NCBI GenBank assembly: GCA_031255005.1
Contig: JAIRTH010000016.1
Coordinates: forward strand, 5,859 to 69,858
Length of the DNA: 64,000 nt
Reading direction: 5' to 3'
DNA from: Puniceicoccales bacterium
GTDB lineage: Bacteria; Verrucomicrobiota; Verrucomicrobiia; Opitutales; LL51
The translations under genes were made by a program, and so were the position numbers. How positions within the stretch are numbered: the first letter of the stretch is position 1; every line of letters begins with the position of its first letter. A model generated the notes under the pieces. That model searched no databases and had not been told where the DNA came from. It worked only from the letters and a program-made list of their open reading frames with translations. Positions 50,245-61,220 of the stretch are shown in pieces.

Positions 50245-53200
50245 TTAGAAAATTTGTACAGCTTTTCTTGAAATTACCGGCACCACTGTGACCATATCCA
50301 CATCCATGGGATCTTTCATCAGGCGACTAAGGTCAGCCATTGAGGCGCAACAGCTCAACGACAGTGGTAATTTTACCGGAAAAGTTTGACCGTTTTTAAA
50401 TCTAAAGCTCAAAATCACTTCGATCGAACCAGGATTATTCTGCAAATAGGAATTTATTTCCATCAATGCATTTTTTATACATTTTTCGGCACAATCGATT
50501 CTAAACACAATTTTTTTCACAATTTTTCGCAGCGAATCCTGCATTGCATCTACAGAAGAAACATTGTATCTGATTTCATCGTTATTTTTCCGGATCGTTC
50601 CGGTAACCACCATCACCCGAGATTCCATCAAGCTGGCACCAACGGTTTCATAGGCATCGGGAAAACAATTAAAAGAAAACTGCTTGGTCATCGTCTCCAA
50701 AGAAAAAGTGGCCCAGAGGCGATTATCCTTCTTTGTAATTCTTTTTTCGATGGAATTTACCACGCCGCAGATCCGGAACACCGCTCCATCTTCCATCGCC
50801 TCCACATCACCGGCCGGATAATCTATCCTAGGAATCCAATGGCTAAACTCGTCCAAAGGATGGCCACTCACATAAAATCCAAGCAATGCCTTTTCGTGTC
50901 TAAGCTTCTCCGAACGAGGCATTAACGGACCAGAAGTATTGATAGATACTGTACCATCCACAGACTCATCGAACATGTCAAATAAATTTATTTGACCAAT
51001 GGCCCGATCCTTTTGCAACAAAAGAGCTTCGGTAATAACACTTTCGGCTGATTCCATCAGATGTTTTCTATCGACACCGAAAGAATCAAAGGCTCCGCTC
51101 AACAGAAGACATTCCAGTACGCGCCTATTGATCAGGCGCAGATCGACTCGATGCACAAAATCCACAAAATCCACGAAGTCAGCGTGTTTCTGCCGCTCGG
51201 CGATTATATTTTCCGCCGCAGCATCACCCACGCCTTTTATGGCACCCAAACCAAATCTAATGCATCCATCCTGCCATTGAGGCGTAAAGCTACCCAATGA
51301 ACTATTTATATCCGGACCAAGGACTGGAATCTTCATTCTGGCACATTCACCGATGTAATAGGCCACCTTGTCTGCATTGCCAAGTTCCGAAGATAACATG
51401 GCCGCCATGTACTCTAACGGATAGTTAGCCTTCAGATATCCTGTTTGATAAGATATTATCCCGTAAGCAATTGAATGCGATTTATTAAAGCCATAGCCAG
51501 CGAATTTTTCCAGTATAGAAAATATTTCTTCGGCCTTTTCCTGGCTTATATGATTGTGTTTTTTTGCCCCGGCTATGAAATTAGCTTTCTGGGCATTCAT
51601 CACATCTATCTTCTTCTTACCCATGGCTCTGCGTAAAATGTCCGCACCGGCAAGACTATAGCCAGCGATGACCTTGGCGGCCTCCATGACCTGCTCCTGA
51701 TAAACCATTATGCCATAGGTCTCTCGACAAATGTCTTTCAGCAGAGGATGAGGATATTTTATTTTTGATGGATCATTTTTTCCTGCAACATAATCATTAA
51801 TCCAGTCACTGGGACCGGGCCGATAGAGCGCACTGATGGCACTGACATCTTCTATACACCACATATTGAATCGCTTGCAGAGCGCCCTCATGCCCACAGA
51901 CTCGCCGAGTTGAAAAACCCCTATGGTTTCGCCACTATTCAGTAAATCGTAGGTTTTTTTATCATCCAATGGAATGTCTTCTATGCGAAAATTTTCCAGG
52001 CCATCGCGCCGCCTGATCCAATTCTGTGCATCATCTATCACTGTGAGCGTTTTCAGACCAAGAAAATCCATTTTTAACAACCCCAAAGCTTCAACTGGAT
52101 CTTTTGAAAATTGGGTGGTGAGAATACCATCCTGCAATGTCACCGGGATCATTTCCGCCACAGGCTGTTCTGTAATTATGACACCGGCAGCATGGGTGCC
52201 TATATTCCGCACAGTACCTTCGATGATCCGGCCCTCATCTAAAATTTTTGCAATATTTGGCCGATTTTTCACTTCCAAAGCAAGCTCTTTGGATTTTTCC
52301 AGGGCCAAATCTATGGTCATATGAAGTTCATCTGGCACCATCTTGGCAAGCCTATCTGCTTCAGCATAAGGGATATCATGAACGCGGCACAGATCGCGAA
52401 TCACCATTTTTGTGCCAAAGGTACCAAAGGTTATTATATTTGCCACGTGGCCCTCACCATATTTTCTTCGCACATAGTCAATCACTTCGCCGCGCCGACG
52501 CATACAAAAATCTATGTCAAAATCTGGCGGAGAAATACGCTCAGGATTGAGAAAACGTTCAAATAGCAAACCAAATTTCATTGGATCCACATCGGTTATT
52601 TTTAGCAGATAGGCCAGCACACAGCCGGCCCCAGAACCACGACCAGGTCCCACCGATATGTGATTCCTTCGGCTCCAATTTACAAAATCCCAAACAATCA
52701 GGAAATAATCTACGAAGCCAGTCTTCTCTAAAACACTCAGTTCATAGTTTAGCCGCAGGATGATTTCCCTTCGCCGAATATCATCTTCGTTGGTTCCATC
52801 GATGCTATTCGGATCCTGGTAATCCATCTGGTATCTTTCTCTGAGGCCATTACAACATAATGACTTGAGATAACTAGCATTGCTTTCAAAGTTCAGCTCA
52901 ATCGGCCGATGGAACACCGGATAATGATTCTCGCCATACCTTAGAGAAAAATCACACATATCCATGACCAACAGCGTATTATCCAGACAATCTGGCCGCT
53001 CACCAAACACTAATTCCATCTCTTCTCGCGACTTGATGTATAGCTGCCGGGTTTGCATCCGCATTCGCTTTTCATCGGACAGCTTGGCTCCGGTCTGGAT
53101 ACACAGCAACGCATCATGGGCTTCCCAATCTTGCTGATCCACGTAATGCGAGTCATTTGTCGCCACGACCTTTAGGCCGAATTCATCCCCAAGTTCAAAC

Positions 53201-53766
53201 AATTTTTTTGAATAATATTCCTGTTCCTGGGTTCCGTGGTTTTGCACTTCGATGAATAGGCGTTCTTTGCCGAAGATGTCCATCAGTTGGGTCAATCCGG
53301 CTTTGGCCGCTGGCAGATCATCCTTTAGGATCATTGAAGCCAGATACCCTTGATAGCAACCGGTTAGGCAGATTAGGTCGGCCGAATATTCGGCGATGGT
53401 CTGCCAATTGATCCTGGGCTTATAATAAAACCCTTTCAGCTGCGATATCGATACCAGTTTCGATAAATTTTTAAACCCATTCTCATTTCTAGCAATGAGT
53501 CCCATATGATACAGTGGAAATTTTTCTTTGGTCCTAAAGTCATCGGCATATAGCGTATATAGCTCGCAACCAATCAATGGCTTAATGTTAAATTGTTTGC
53601 ATTTTTCTAAAAAATCCGGCACACCAAAGACGTTGCCATGATCAGTCATTGCCACGGCAGGCATCCCAATTTTGCTGATCTTGGCACACAACCTATCGCA
53701 ACGACAGGAGCCATCCAGCAGGCTGTAGTCTGTGTGCACATGGAGATGTACGAAATTGTTCTTCAT
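50245..53766 (-). CDS. dnaE: DNA polymerase III alpha subunit DnaE
   Basis: PHP domain [15 protein letters not shown], palm motifs [16 protein letters not shown] and FNKSHS, and a C-terminal OB region. Confidence 0.97.
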   Translation of the reverse strand: MKNNFVHLHVHTDYSLLDGSCRCDRLCAKISKIGMPAVAMTDHGNVFGVPDFLEKCKQFNIKPLIGCELYTLYADDFRTKEKFPLYHMGLIARNENGFKNLSKLVSISQLKGFYYKPRINWQTIAEYSADLICLTGCYQGYLASMILKDDLPAAKAGLTQLMDIFGKERLFIEVQNHGTQEQEYYSKKLFELGDEFGLKVVATNDSHYVDQQDWEAHDALLCIQTGAKLSDEKRMRMQTRQLYIKSREEMELVFGERPDCLDNTLLVMDMCDFSLRYGENHYPVFHRPIELNFESNASYLKSLCCNGLRERYQMDYQDPNSIDGTNEDDIRRREIILRLNYELSVLEKTGFVDYFLIVWDFVNWSRRNHISVGPGRGSGAGCVLAYLLKITDVDPMKFGLLFERFLNPERISPPDFDIDFCMRRRGEVIDYVRRKYGEGHVANIITFGTFGTKMVIRDLCRVHDIPYAEADRLAKMVPDELHMTIDLALEKSKELALEVKNRPNIAKILDEGRIIEGTVRNIGTHAAGVIITEQPVAEMIPVTLQDGILTTQFSKDPVEALGLLKMDFLGLKTLTVIDDAQNWIRRRDGLENFRIEDIPLDDKKTYDLLNSGETIGVFQLGESVGMRALCKRFNMWCIEDVSAISALYRPGPSDWINDYVAGKNDPSKIKYPHPLLKDICRETYGIMVYQEQVMEAAKVIAGYSLAGADILRRAMGKKKIDVMNAQKANFIAGAKKHNHISQEKAEEIFSILEKFAGYGFNKSHSIAYGIISYQTGYLKANYPLEYMAAMLSSELGNADKVAYYIGECARMKIPVLGPDINSSLGSFTPQWQDGCIRFGLGAIKGVGDAAAENIIAERQKHADFVDFVDFVHRVDLRLINRRVLECLLLSGAFDSFGVDRKHLMESAESVITEALLLQKDRAIGQINLFDMFDESVDGTVSINTSGPLMPRSEKLRHEKALLGFYVSGHPLDEFSHWIPRIDYPAGDVEAMEDGAVFRICGVVNSIEKRITKKDNRLWATFSLETMTKQFSFNCFPDAYETVGASLMESRVMVVTGTIRKNNDEIRYNVSSVDAMQDSLRKIVKKIVFRIDCAEKCIKNALMEINSYLQNNPGSIEVILSFRFKNGQTFPVKLPLSLSCCASMADLSRLMKDPMDVDMVTVVPVISRKAVQIF

Positions 53767-53828
53767 TGCTATATTTTATTTTCTTAAACATCCATCATTA
53801 AGTCAACGAGAATGAAAATTCATTGGTT

Positions 53829-54317
53829 TTACATTTCGACCCTTTTGTAGTTAAAATTAGAAAAAACATGTTTCGGCGCATTGGCCCTGATTTTCAGAAA
53901 ATTTGCCGATGTGGCCATGGCCAATTTCACGGTACAATGATATAGTGTACAGGCACCATCCAGCGAATTTTTTATATCCTTTGCAAAGGTAATTACAAAG
54001 ATTTCGCCATCCTGGGCCAAGGGCAAATGAGCCATGTCTGCGCCAAGAATAGTTTTATAGATATTCTCGCCACCCACAACTTCTAAAACTCTCACCATAA
54101 ACATATCACCAGATTCAGCCAAGTCAAATACATCGCCGGAAGTGATGGCCAAAAAGTTTTTCTCGGCATTCAGCAATTTCATCATATTTACTCCTGTGTC
54201 CAAAGCCGTGATTTGGCTAATCCACAAAGTTATGAGACCCGGCATGGCTACGCCTACCAATCCCATGGCCAACAATACCTCTAGTAAAGAAAACCCAGCT
54301 CGTTTGTTGCCATACAT
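53829..54317 (-). CDS. prepilin-type N-terminal cleavage/methylation domain protein (pseudopilin/pilin-like)
   Basis: MYGNKRAGFSLLEVLLAMGLVGVAM is the class III signal (G/F-S-L-L-E). The ATG at 54317 is preferred over the ORF-track start at 54398, which would overlap the upstream gene. Confidence 0.75.
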   Translation of the reverse strand: MYGNKRAGFSLLEVLLAMGLVGVAMPGLITLWISQITALDTGVNMMKLLNAEKNFLAITSGDVFDLAESGDMFMVRVLEVVGGENIYKTILGADMAHLPLAQDGEIFVITFAKDIKNSLDGACTLYHCTVKLAMATSANFLKIRANAPKHVFSNFNYKRVEM

Positions 54318-54324
54318 ATATATT

Positions 54325-55017
54325 TTATTCAAGCAGTTTGATAATTTTATCCGCCGAGTCCAATGTAATGATGGTTCCGTTGGGCAGAAACACACCACCT
54401 TGAATCGGTGTATTTTTTAAAAACTTCACATGGAACTGATTAGAAGCATTTACATTGCAACTACCCAGTCCAACGGCATAGACAATGGGCTTTATCGAAG
54501 CAGATTCCGTGGGCCTGCCAATGGCATCGATATCCCGAAATGCCATGGCTAGGTTCTTATTACCTTCTTTAAATAAATAGCTGTCCCAAAAATACTTATC
54601 ACTTGGCACACCGGCCATAACATCCCCAATCGAATCCTTTGGTATAAAAAACACTGACTTTGGAAGCAAGATTTCCCTTTGCTTTTCCATAATCGGCTCT
54701 CCATTGCCACCGGTCTTTGGCATGACGACTAGAATTCTTCGATGGGAATACTCCGAATCAGCTGACACATCTACCATGATCCGAATTTTTGAATGATGAT
54801 ACAGCGCATGCAATTTGGCATAGTTCATTGTATTGAAAAAAATTTGCTCGGCTATGACCAAAGATTTTACTCCGTTGTCTGGTTGCAACAGCTTGATTCC
54901 GAAGCCTATTACTAAAATTAGAATCCCCAAGGCAGAAATTATTTCGATCAGAGTAAATGAAGCCGATCTATCTCGCTGCCAAATCATAAAACCTTGGTCA
55001 TTATTTTCCATAACCAT
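54325..55017 (-). CDS. prepilin-type N-terminal cleavage/methylation domain protein (pseudopilin/pilin-like)
   Basis: RSASFTLIEIISALGILILVIGF is the class III signal motif with Glu at +5. Confidence 0.75.
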   Translation of the reverse strand: MVMENNDQGFMIWQRDRSASFTLIEIISALGILILVIGFGIKLLQPDNGVKSLVIAEQIFFNTMNYAKLHALYHHSKIRIMVDVSADSEYSHRRILVVMPKTGGNGEPIMEKQREILLPKSVFFIPKDSIGDVMAGVPSDKYFWDSYLFKEGNKNLAMAFRDIDAIGRPTESASIKPIVYAVGLGSCNVNASNQFHVKFLKNTPIQGGVFLPNGTIITLDSADKIIKLLE

Positions 55018-55163
55018 AGCTTGGCAACCATATTATGAACCGGACAAGCCAGGACATATTGTGCTATAACAAGTTAATAGATAAGATTGTGACATAAATG
55101 TTATTTGTAAATTTCATGTAAAACATTGACATGCTTTGGCGAAAATATTAGGTTTGCATCACT

Positions 55164-56432
55164 ATGTGCTATAAAATGAAAAGACTTATGACGTTGTTTA
55201 CTATTTTATTGGTTCCTAACTTGATAAGTGCGATCAGCATCGATGATCCATTTATCAAGAATTTGATTGAAACTAAAAAAACTGAATTTGAAGATGCTTT
55301 TATGGACGAGGACAAAATCAATTTGCTCTTGGCCAGTGACAACCCAAAAGATCTATATAAAATTGTTAAAGATCGCACTAAATTTATTTTCCTTTATGCA
55401 ATTAAAATACTAACTGACGCCGTCATATACTATAAGGGAGATGGAAAAGATTATAAAGAAATTTGTCATAAAGAAATCGAGACTGGTGAGTCAATCCTTG
55501 AGCCATTGCTTCCTTATATGTTAAATGTTAACCTGATGACCAGTAACGAATTTTTTACTCAAGACTCTCAGCATGCCGATCTATACGAATGCCTGATACA
55601 TATCTTGTTAATGATATTTGAAGCAAGAGATCTGAACGAAGTAGCTCAAAATGTGCAAAAAACCATATATGAGCCACTGTACAACGCTGGTATGAAATTT
55701 TTTCAATTACCAATAGAAACAATTTTCAAAGAATATAGCGAGAAATCTTATCTTGGGCCTCGGTTTCATCCAGACGGAAATCGTTCTGATGATTGGTTAT
55801 GTTACAACCAAAGTTACGATTTATATACTCCCAGTAAATCACAAGATCAATGTGCTTCCGTTATGTATATGATTAGCTTTACCTGTTTTCTGCTAAAATT
55901 TCTTGGATTCGATGTATATAATTTGGAGCAAACAATTGATAAAGCAGGTCAAACTGTTGGAACTTACATAGAATCATATAATAAAGTTAATGAATTTTGT
56001 TATAAAAATGTAAATGATATTTTAAATGAAAATGATGGCCAATGTTATTCAGAAATTGATAACGCGATAGAAGATTTTGGCATAAAAGGATATAATTATT
56101 TAGCAAAAAAGCTCACCGAAAAGAAAATTGAAATCGAAAAATACGAAGAATATAAAAATGAAATTTGTAAAAATAGAGATTTACCCATCCAGCCTGAAGA
56201 TAACAGTAATGAAAAACCTATAGAAAAAATTACTCCATCAGAATCTATCCGAAGGTCTAAAAGTATGTCAGACCTAAATAGCTCGTTTAAGCAATCAAAT
56301 AAAATCAAAAATTTGAATAAATCTGACCCCATTGAAGAAAAAGAAGAAGAAGAAGAAGAAGAAAAAGAAGAAGAAGGAGGAGAAGAAGAAGAAGAAGAAA
56401 ATAATACGTGCTTCAACTGCAATCTCTTGTAA
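55164..56432 (+). CDS. orphan exported protein (422 aa) with poly-Glu tract and C-terminal CaaX-like box CNLL
   Basis: Leader RLMTLFTILLVPNLISA. C-terminus EEKEEEEEEEKEEEGGEEEEEENNTCFNCNLL*, read directly from the codons tgc ttc aac tgc aat ctc ttg taa. Confidence 0.7.
   Translation: MCYKMKRLMTLFTILLVPNLISAISIDDPFIKNLIETKKTEFEDAFMDEDKINLLLASDNPKDLYKIVKDRTKFIFLYAIKILTDAVIYYKGDGKDYKEICHKEIETGESILEPLLPYMLNVNLMTSNEFFTQDSQHADLYECLIHILLMIFEARDLNEVAQNVQKTIYEPLYNAGMKFFQLPIETIFKEYSEKSYLGPRFHPDGNRSDDWLCYNQSYDLYTPSKSQDQCASVMYMISFTCFLLKFLGFDVYNLEQTIDKAGQTVGTYIESYNKVNEFCYKNVNDILNENDGQCYSEIDNAIEDFGIKGYNYLAKKLTEKKIEIEKYEEYKNEICKNRDLPIQPEDNSNEKPIEKITPSESIRRSKSMSDLNSSFKQSNKIKNLNKSDPIEEKEEEEEEEKEEEGGEEEEEENNTCFNCNLL
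56334..56401 (+). repeat. 68-nt homopurine GAA/GAG-rich tract (poly-Glu coding)
   Basis: An uninterrupted purine run, gaagaaaaagaagaagaagaagaagaagaaaaagaagaagaaggaggagaagaagaagaagaagaaaa, inside the 55164 ORF. Confidence 0.9.
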
Positions 56433-56491
56433 TTTTACAAAAAATTTAAAAATATTAACGAATTTTGACAACCATATAAAATATATCTGCT

Positions 56492-57304
56492 ATGTATGAT
56501 CTAGTTAAAAAGTTTATGTCGACCATTATGTTCTTGGGAGCGATCAGCTTCATCAACGGTGATCAATTCAAAGATTGGGTAATTCAGCAAAGAAGCGTAT
56601 GCTACATAGAATATGTGGTAAATATCTGGCCCGGTGATGTTAATCGATGTCCCGCTAACGAAATTGGTATTTTTGGTAGCGAGTTTGGCAAATACGCCTC
56701 AAACTGTTTAGAAAACAACCAACCGACCTTTGAATCTAAAGGATTTACCTATAATGGATTATATGTAAGAGGTCTCGAATTTTTTAAACACCTAGAACAA
56801 TTTATGTACGGCGTAGCAAAATTTTTCGACTATGAAATCTCTGATAAAATAGAAAACATCATATATCTACCTGATTTGAGTAATGGCAGCGTAAGTAGTG
56901 ATTATCCAGAAGAAATACGAGAAAATTTAAATAAAGGACTATGCATTTTATTTGGTTGCAAGAAGGTAAAATCTGCCTGTAAAATTATATGTAAACATTT
57001 GTGCAAAAATATGAAAAAAGCTCTCTGGTTTGCCTGTACTATAGAAAATGAATTTAATGCAGAAGATTTGGAAGACTTTAAAAATGCTTTCAATAAACTA
57101 AAGCAAATTGGATGCAAGATGGAGTATTTGGAGCAATATGTAAATAAAAAAATAAATGACACCATTGAAAAACTTAATGGTGAGTCACATATAAACGTAA
57201 GTGATGACGATTCATATAACCATTACTTAGTTGAATTACCTAAAAGCCAAGAAACAGATGACTCCTCTTCGAAAGATAGAGGATCTTCCTGTATTTTCCT
57301 GTAA
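56492..57304 (+). CDS. orphan exported Cys-rich protein (270 aa) with C-terminal CaaX box CIFL
   Basis: Leader FMSTIMFLGAISFING. C-terminus DRGSSCIFL*, from codons tgt att ttc ctg taa. Contains a Cys/Lys-rich segment CILFGCKKVKSACKIICKHLCKNMKK. Confidence 0.7.
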   Translation: MYDLVKKFMSTIMFLGAISFINGDQFKDWVIQQRSVCYIEYVVNIWPGDVNRCPANEIGIFGSEFGKYASNCLENNQPTFESKGFTYNGLYVRGLEFFKHLEQFMYGVAKFFDYEISDKIENIIYLPDLSNGSVSSDYPEEIRENLNKGLCILFGCKKVKSACKIICKHLCKNMKKALWFACTIENEFNAEDLEDFKNAFNKLKQIGCKMEYLEQYVNKKINDTIEKLNGESHINVSDDDSYNHYLVELPKSQETDDSSSKDRGSSCIFL

Positions 57305-57341
57305 TGTACAGTAATTTAAAGACTTATGACTATAATAATAG

Positions 57342-57370
57342 AGAGGCCCATCTAGGCCTCTTCATTTTTT
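57342..57370 (+). terminator. rho-independent terminator for the 56492 gene, overlapping the clpP stop
   Basis: Stem AGAGGCC / GGCCTCT (7 bp) with 6-nt loop catcta, followed by tcatttttt. The loop contains the clpP stop codon on the other strand. Confidence 0.55.
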
Positions 57371-57972
57371 GGTTTGCTTTTTATCACTTCATCGACAATG
57401 CCATAGTCCTTTGCCTCTGAAGATATCATGAAATAGTTTCGATCGGAATCCTTTTCGATTTTCTCCAACGGTTGGTTAGTGCACTCGGACAATACCATAT
57501 TTAGAGTTTTTTTCCAACGAAGTAATTCTTTGGCGGCAATCGAAATATCCGAGGTTTGACCACCGGCACCACCCGAGGGCTGATGTATCATAACCCTACT
57601 GTTAGGCAGTGCGTAACGTTTCCCCTTGCTACCAGCAGCAAGCAACACCGTGGCCATGCTGGCTGCCTGCCCGACGCAGTAGGTAACCACATCGCAATTC
57701 ATGAATCTCATCGTATCATATATGGCCATGCCTGCGGTGATACTACCCCCCGGAGAATTAATATAGAGATGGACATCTTTTTTCGGATCTTCCATCTGCA
57801 AGAATAAAAATTGCGCAACGATGGCATTGGCAACGAAATCGTCTATGGAAGTGCCAAGAAAAATTATTCGGTCCTTTAACAGACGACTATATATATCCCA
57901 GGAACGTTCCTGTCTACCATCCCGTTCATAGACATAGGGTAATGGAAGATAATGTTCGTTAACTATTTTCAT
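57352..57972 (-). CDS. clpP: ATP-dependent Clp protease proteolytic subunit ClpP
   Basis: [23 protein letters not shown], the catalytic Ser context GQAASMA, and HQP. Confidence 0.96.
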   Translation of the reverse strand: MKIVNEHYLPLPYVYERDGRQERSWDIYSRLLKDRIIFLGTSIDDFVANAIVAQFLFLQMEDPKKDVHLYINSPGGSITAGMAIYDTMRFMNCDVVTYCVGQAASMATVLLAAGSKGKRYALPNSRVMIHQPSGGAGGQTSDISIAAKELLRWKKTLNMVLSECTNQPLEKIEKDSDRNYFMISSEAKDYGIVDEVIKSKPKNEEA

Positions 57973-59447
57973 TGTAATTCAGTTTTTTCTTTGAATGAAG
58001 TACTTTCTTCCTCAAATTCTTTGGTCTTGCTAGGCCTATTACCTTTGGTTGCTGCAGATTTTTTTCCACGCTTTGGCTTTAATTCAGCCACATTTTCTGG
58101 AAGTTCAGATTGAGATTTTTTTGAACGATCCTCGTCCAAGCTTGGATGATCATTTGTGTTCTCATTCACTAAGAAATCCAACGTTTTACTAAACAATGCC
58201 CGGCGCTGGATATCCTGAACTCTGGCCCTATCATTCTTAATTTCATCGATTAATTTATCCGGCGTTGTTCGCAGCACCGAAGCCTCTTGGATGATCATAC
58301 GACTGACTTCGTCGGAAGATACCGTGATCTTTTCCTCAATGGCGATGCGCTCCAGAATAAAACTAATTTTTGCTCTATCATGGGCCAGGGTCGAGCTGTC
58401 ACCATATAGTTCATCTTTATGCTTTTCCAGTTCATTTGGATGTACCCCCTCCCGAATCTGTTGCTCGAAAAACGTCCGCAGCACCTGAGCCCGCTCGTGT
58501 TCCACAGCACTTTCGGGCACATCAAAATCCACACTGGCAATTAACTTTCTAACCAATTGCTCCCGCTGCTCTAGCCGCCCTACCTGATGTTTACGTTTTT
58601 TTAAATCCTCTCGAATCTGAACACGTAACTCATCCAGTGTATTGGCATTGAGTTTTGCAAGCAGTTTATCATCAAACCCTGGCAGAACTTTTTCCCGCAC
58701 TTCAAAAACATGAACCATGTATTTGGCACTTTTACCAGCCAGAGGCTTTATATAAAAATCCTCCGGGAATGTGGTTTCAATCTCCCTATCCTCTTCGGCT
58801 TTCATGCCCACGATTCCATCTATAACTGCCTTAACACCAGGACTATCTTCTGCACCAGCTTCTTCCCAGGTATTTTTCTGTTCACCCCAAATAGGCAATG
58901 ATGCATCCAGCTTAGCAATTTCAGAACCATCGGCCAGAGTGCCTTGATAGGATAGCCGCACAAAATCCCCCTTTTTGGCATTGCGATCAACGGTAACATA
59001 GTCAGCATTGTAATTCCTCAATTGCTCTAATGCGCTATCCACCTCACCATCAGTAATTTCCGCATTTATTGGGGCCAAGTCAATATGCCTATAATCTATC
59101 AATTCAAAATCTGGTTTGGTATCTATGGTCACGATGAGCTCCTTTTCACCGCTCTCCTTGTCATTGAAATCGGCTTTTACCACCGAAAAAATTCTGGTTC
59201 CATGTTCTTTGGTCATGGTCTCCATCGCCCGAGAATAGAGCTGCTCATCTAGTTTAGCCTTCACATCTTTGGCAAACTTAACGCGGACAATCGCTTCTGG
59301 AACGTGCCCCTTTCTAAACCCAGGCATTTTTACGTCCCTTGAAATTGTCTTAACGAGCAAACTTTCCTCATTTTGCGCCTCATCTTTACTCACTGTCACA
59401 GTAAAAACCTTGCGCACATTGCTCACATCCTTTATTTCACTTTTCAC
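57969..59447 (-). CDS. tig: trigger factor (Tig) with basic C-terminal extension
   Basis: N-terminal ribosome-binding motif PGFRKGHVP, a central PPIase-like region, and a C-terminal arm. An extra tail reads [25 protein letters not shown]. The stop overlaps the clpP start. Confidence 0.9.
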   Translation of the reverse strand: MKSEIKDVSNVRKVFTVTVSKDEAQNEESLLVKTISRDVKMPGFRKGHVPEAIVRVKFAKDVKAKLDEQLYSRAMETMTKEHGTRIFSVVKADFNDKESGEKELIVTIDTKPDFELIDYRHIDLAPINAEITDGEVDSALEQLRNYNADYVTVDRNAKKGDFVRLSYQGTLADGSEIAKLDASLPIWGEQKNTWEEAGAEDSPGVKAVIDGIVGMKAEEDREIETTFPEDFYIKPLAGKSAKYMVHVFEVREKVLPGFDDKLLAKLNANTLDELRVQIREDLKKRKHQVGRLEQREQLVRKLIASVDFDVPESAVEHERAQVLRTFFEQQIREGVHPNELEKHKDELYGDSSTLAHDRAKISFILERIAIEEKITVSSDEVSRMIIQEASVLRTTPDKLIDEIKNDRARVQDIQRRALFSKTLDFLVNENTNDHPSLDEDRSKKSQSELPENVAELKPKRGKKSAATKGNRPSKTKEFEEESTSFKEKTELQ

Positions 59448-59585
59448 TGATCAAAATATTAAATTATTACTTGATTGAGGTCTAAACAACGCAGAATTGC
59501 AGTCAATATTATAAAAAAATAAATTTGTATTATTCCGGAAAAAATGGAAAATTTTTACTATTTTTCATTATAACCCTAAAAAGAA

Positions 59586-60734
59586 ATGAAAAAAATGAAA
59601 GAAAAAATAATGCTTTTTGGCGCGACCGGGTCCATCGGAAGCAATGTCTTGGAAGAGCTTAGAGAACACAGACAGTATTTCGATTTGGTCGGCATCGCAG
59701 CCAGGGTCAATGTGGACAAACTTGCCGAAATATCTCGGGAATTTTCTGTAAAAACTGCAGCAGTGAACAGCAAAACTCGTATAGATACAGCAAAATTTTG
59801 TCCTGGTTGCAGAATTTTTCGCGGCGAACAGGCCATGGCCGAGGCGGTTTTGGCCACCGATTTTGACATTCTTTTGATGGCAACCAGCGGCATAGCTGGC
59901 ATTGCGGCAACGATGAATGCTATCTCATTGAAAAAGAAGATAATAATAGCTAGCAAAGAAATTCTAGTAACCAGTGGAAAATTCCTATGCCCATTGGCTA
60001 AAAAAAACAAAGTGGAACTTTTTCCTCTTGATAGTGAACATAATGCAATTTTTCAGTGCCTCAAAGGCGAAGATAGGAAGTCTGTGAGACAAATATGGCT
60101 AACGGCCTCCGGTGGGCCATTTCTGGATTATGACATGGACTCCTTGGAGCATGTAACTCCAGCCCAAGCACTTAAACACCCAACCTGGTCCATGGGAAAA
60201 AAAATAACCATAGATTCAGCAAGCCTTGCGAACAAAGGACTAGAGGTAATCGAAGCTCGATGGCTGTTTGATCTGGCGCCCCAGCAAATAAAAGTTACCA
60301 TTCATCGCCAGAGCTTAGTACATTCACTGGTAGAATTCATAGATGGGTCAATTCTTGCCCAAATTAGCGAAAAATCCATGAGATTTCCAATAAAAAATTG
60401 CCTTTTTTTCCCTTATAGACAGTACAGTGACCAGAAAACTGTTTCATTTTTAGAACCAATAAATTTCACTTTCCAGCCACCAGATGAGGGAAAATTTCCA
60501 TGTCTGGCTTTGGCCAAAGCTAGTTTGGAAGCCGGCGGCATAATGCCCACTGTCTTCAATGCGGCCAACGACGTGGCTGTTGATTTATTCCTAGATGGCA
60601 AAATAAAATTTACCCAAATCCCAACCATCATTGAGCAACGGATGCATGAAACAGAAAACTTTGAGCCAGAATCAGTTGATGAAATATTCGCCCTGGATGC
60701 CGAAGTAAAAAAAATTGCCAGAGCTTTTGAGTAA
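59586..60734 (+). CDS. dxr: 1-deoxy-D-xylulose 5-phosphate reductoisomerase Dxr
   Basis: LFGATGSIGSN, DSEHNAIFQCL, LTASGGPF, HPTWSMGKKITIDSA and NKGLEVIEA. Confidence 0.95.
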   Translation: MKKMKEKIMLFGATGSIGSNVLEELREHRQYFDLVGIAARVNVDKLAEISREFSVKTAAVNSKTRIDTAKFCPGCRIFRGEQAMAEAVLATDFDILLMATSGIAGIAATMNAISLKKKIIIASKEILVTSGKFLCPLAKKNKVELFPLDSEHNAIFQCLKGEDRKSVRQIWLTASGGPFLDYDMDSLEHVTPAQALKHPTWSMGKKITIDSASLANKGLEVIEARWLFDLAPQQIKVTIHRQSLVHSLVEFIDGSILAQISEKSMRFPIKNCLFFPYRQYSDQKTVSFLEPINFTFQPPDEGKFPCLALAKASLEAGGIMPTVFNAANDVAVDLFLDGKIKFTQIPTIIEQRMHETENFEPESVDEIFALDAEVKKIARAFE

Positions 60735-60790
60735 TTGGATATTTTGTGACATTTTCTTGCTTTAAAAAACCATCCCAATATAATTCACAA

Positions 60791-61216
60791 ATGGACGCGG
60801 TGAAAGTCGGATTGTTAGCGGTTATCCCCTCGATGAGTGTGACAACTTTACTCATTGGCAATGACGAAACGGTCTTTGACATACACATATCACCAGCTTC
60901 TGGCAAAGCAATCATCGATGCCATAAGTAAAGAAAAGCTAACCCGACCGTCTACCCATACATTACTTAGCAATATCACTGCCACGCTCGGCTATCAAATC
61001 TCATCGGTTATAATCCATTCCACAAAGGATTCAGTTTTCTTCGCGAAAATATTAATGAGCAACATCTCTAACGAAGGTAAATACATAGAGTTAGATTGTA
61101 GACCCAGCGACGCCATTACTCTATCCATTATCAACGATGCACCACTACTTGTGGCAGAAGAACTTTTCAATCTAGTTGGAAAACCAAAAAGCAATACTCT
61201 GCTGCAGAAAATATAA
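60791..61216 (+). CDS. bifunctional-nuclease (BFN/DUF151) domain protein
   Basis: DCRPSDAITLSIINDAPLLVAEELF is the signature of DUF151. The ATG at 60791 (MDAVKVGLL) is preferred; an alternative GTG lies at 60746. Confidence 0.75.
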   Translation: MDAVKVGLLAVIPSMSVTTLLIGNDETVFDIHISPASGKAIIDAISKEKLTRPSTHTLLSNITATLGYQISSVIIHSTKDSVFFAKILMSNISNEGKYIELDCRPSDAITLSIINDAPLLVAEELFNLVGKPKSNTLLQKI

Positions 61217-61220
61217 AACG

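Noticed and set aside
54325-55017. H-x9-DG C-terminal motif (as in DUF1559-type pilin-like proteins) in the 230-aa prepilin-type protein
   Set aside because: The closest match is H-VKFLKNTPI-QG, which lacks the Asp, so it is not a convincing instance.
56096-56422. 108-aa poly-Ser ORF on the minus strand
   Set aside because: It is the reverse complement of the GAA homopurine tract (TTC/TCT give Phe/Ser). It is an artefact of the low-complexity region.
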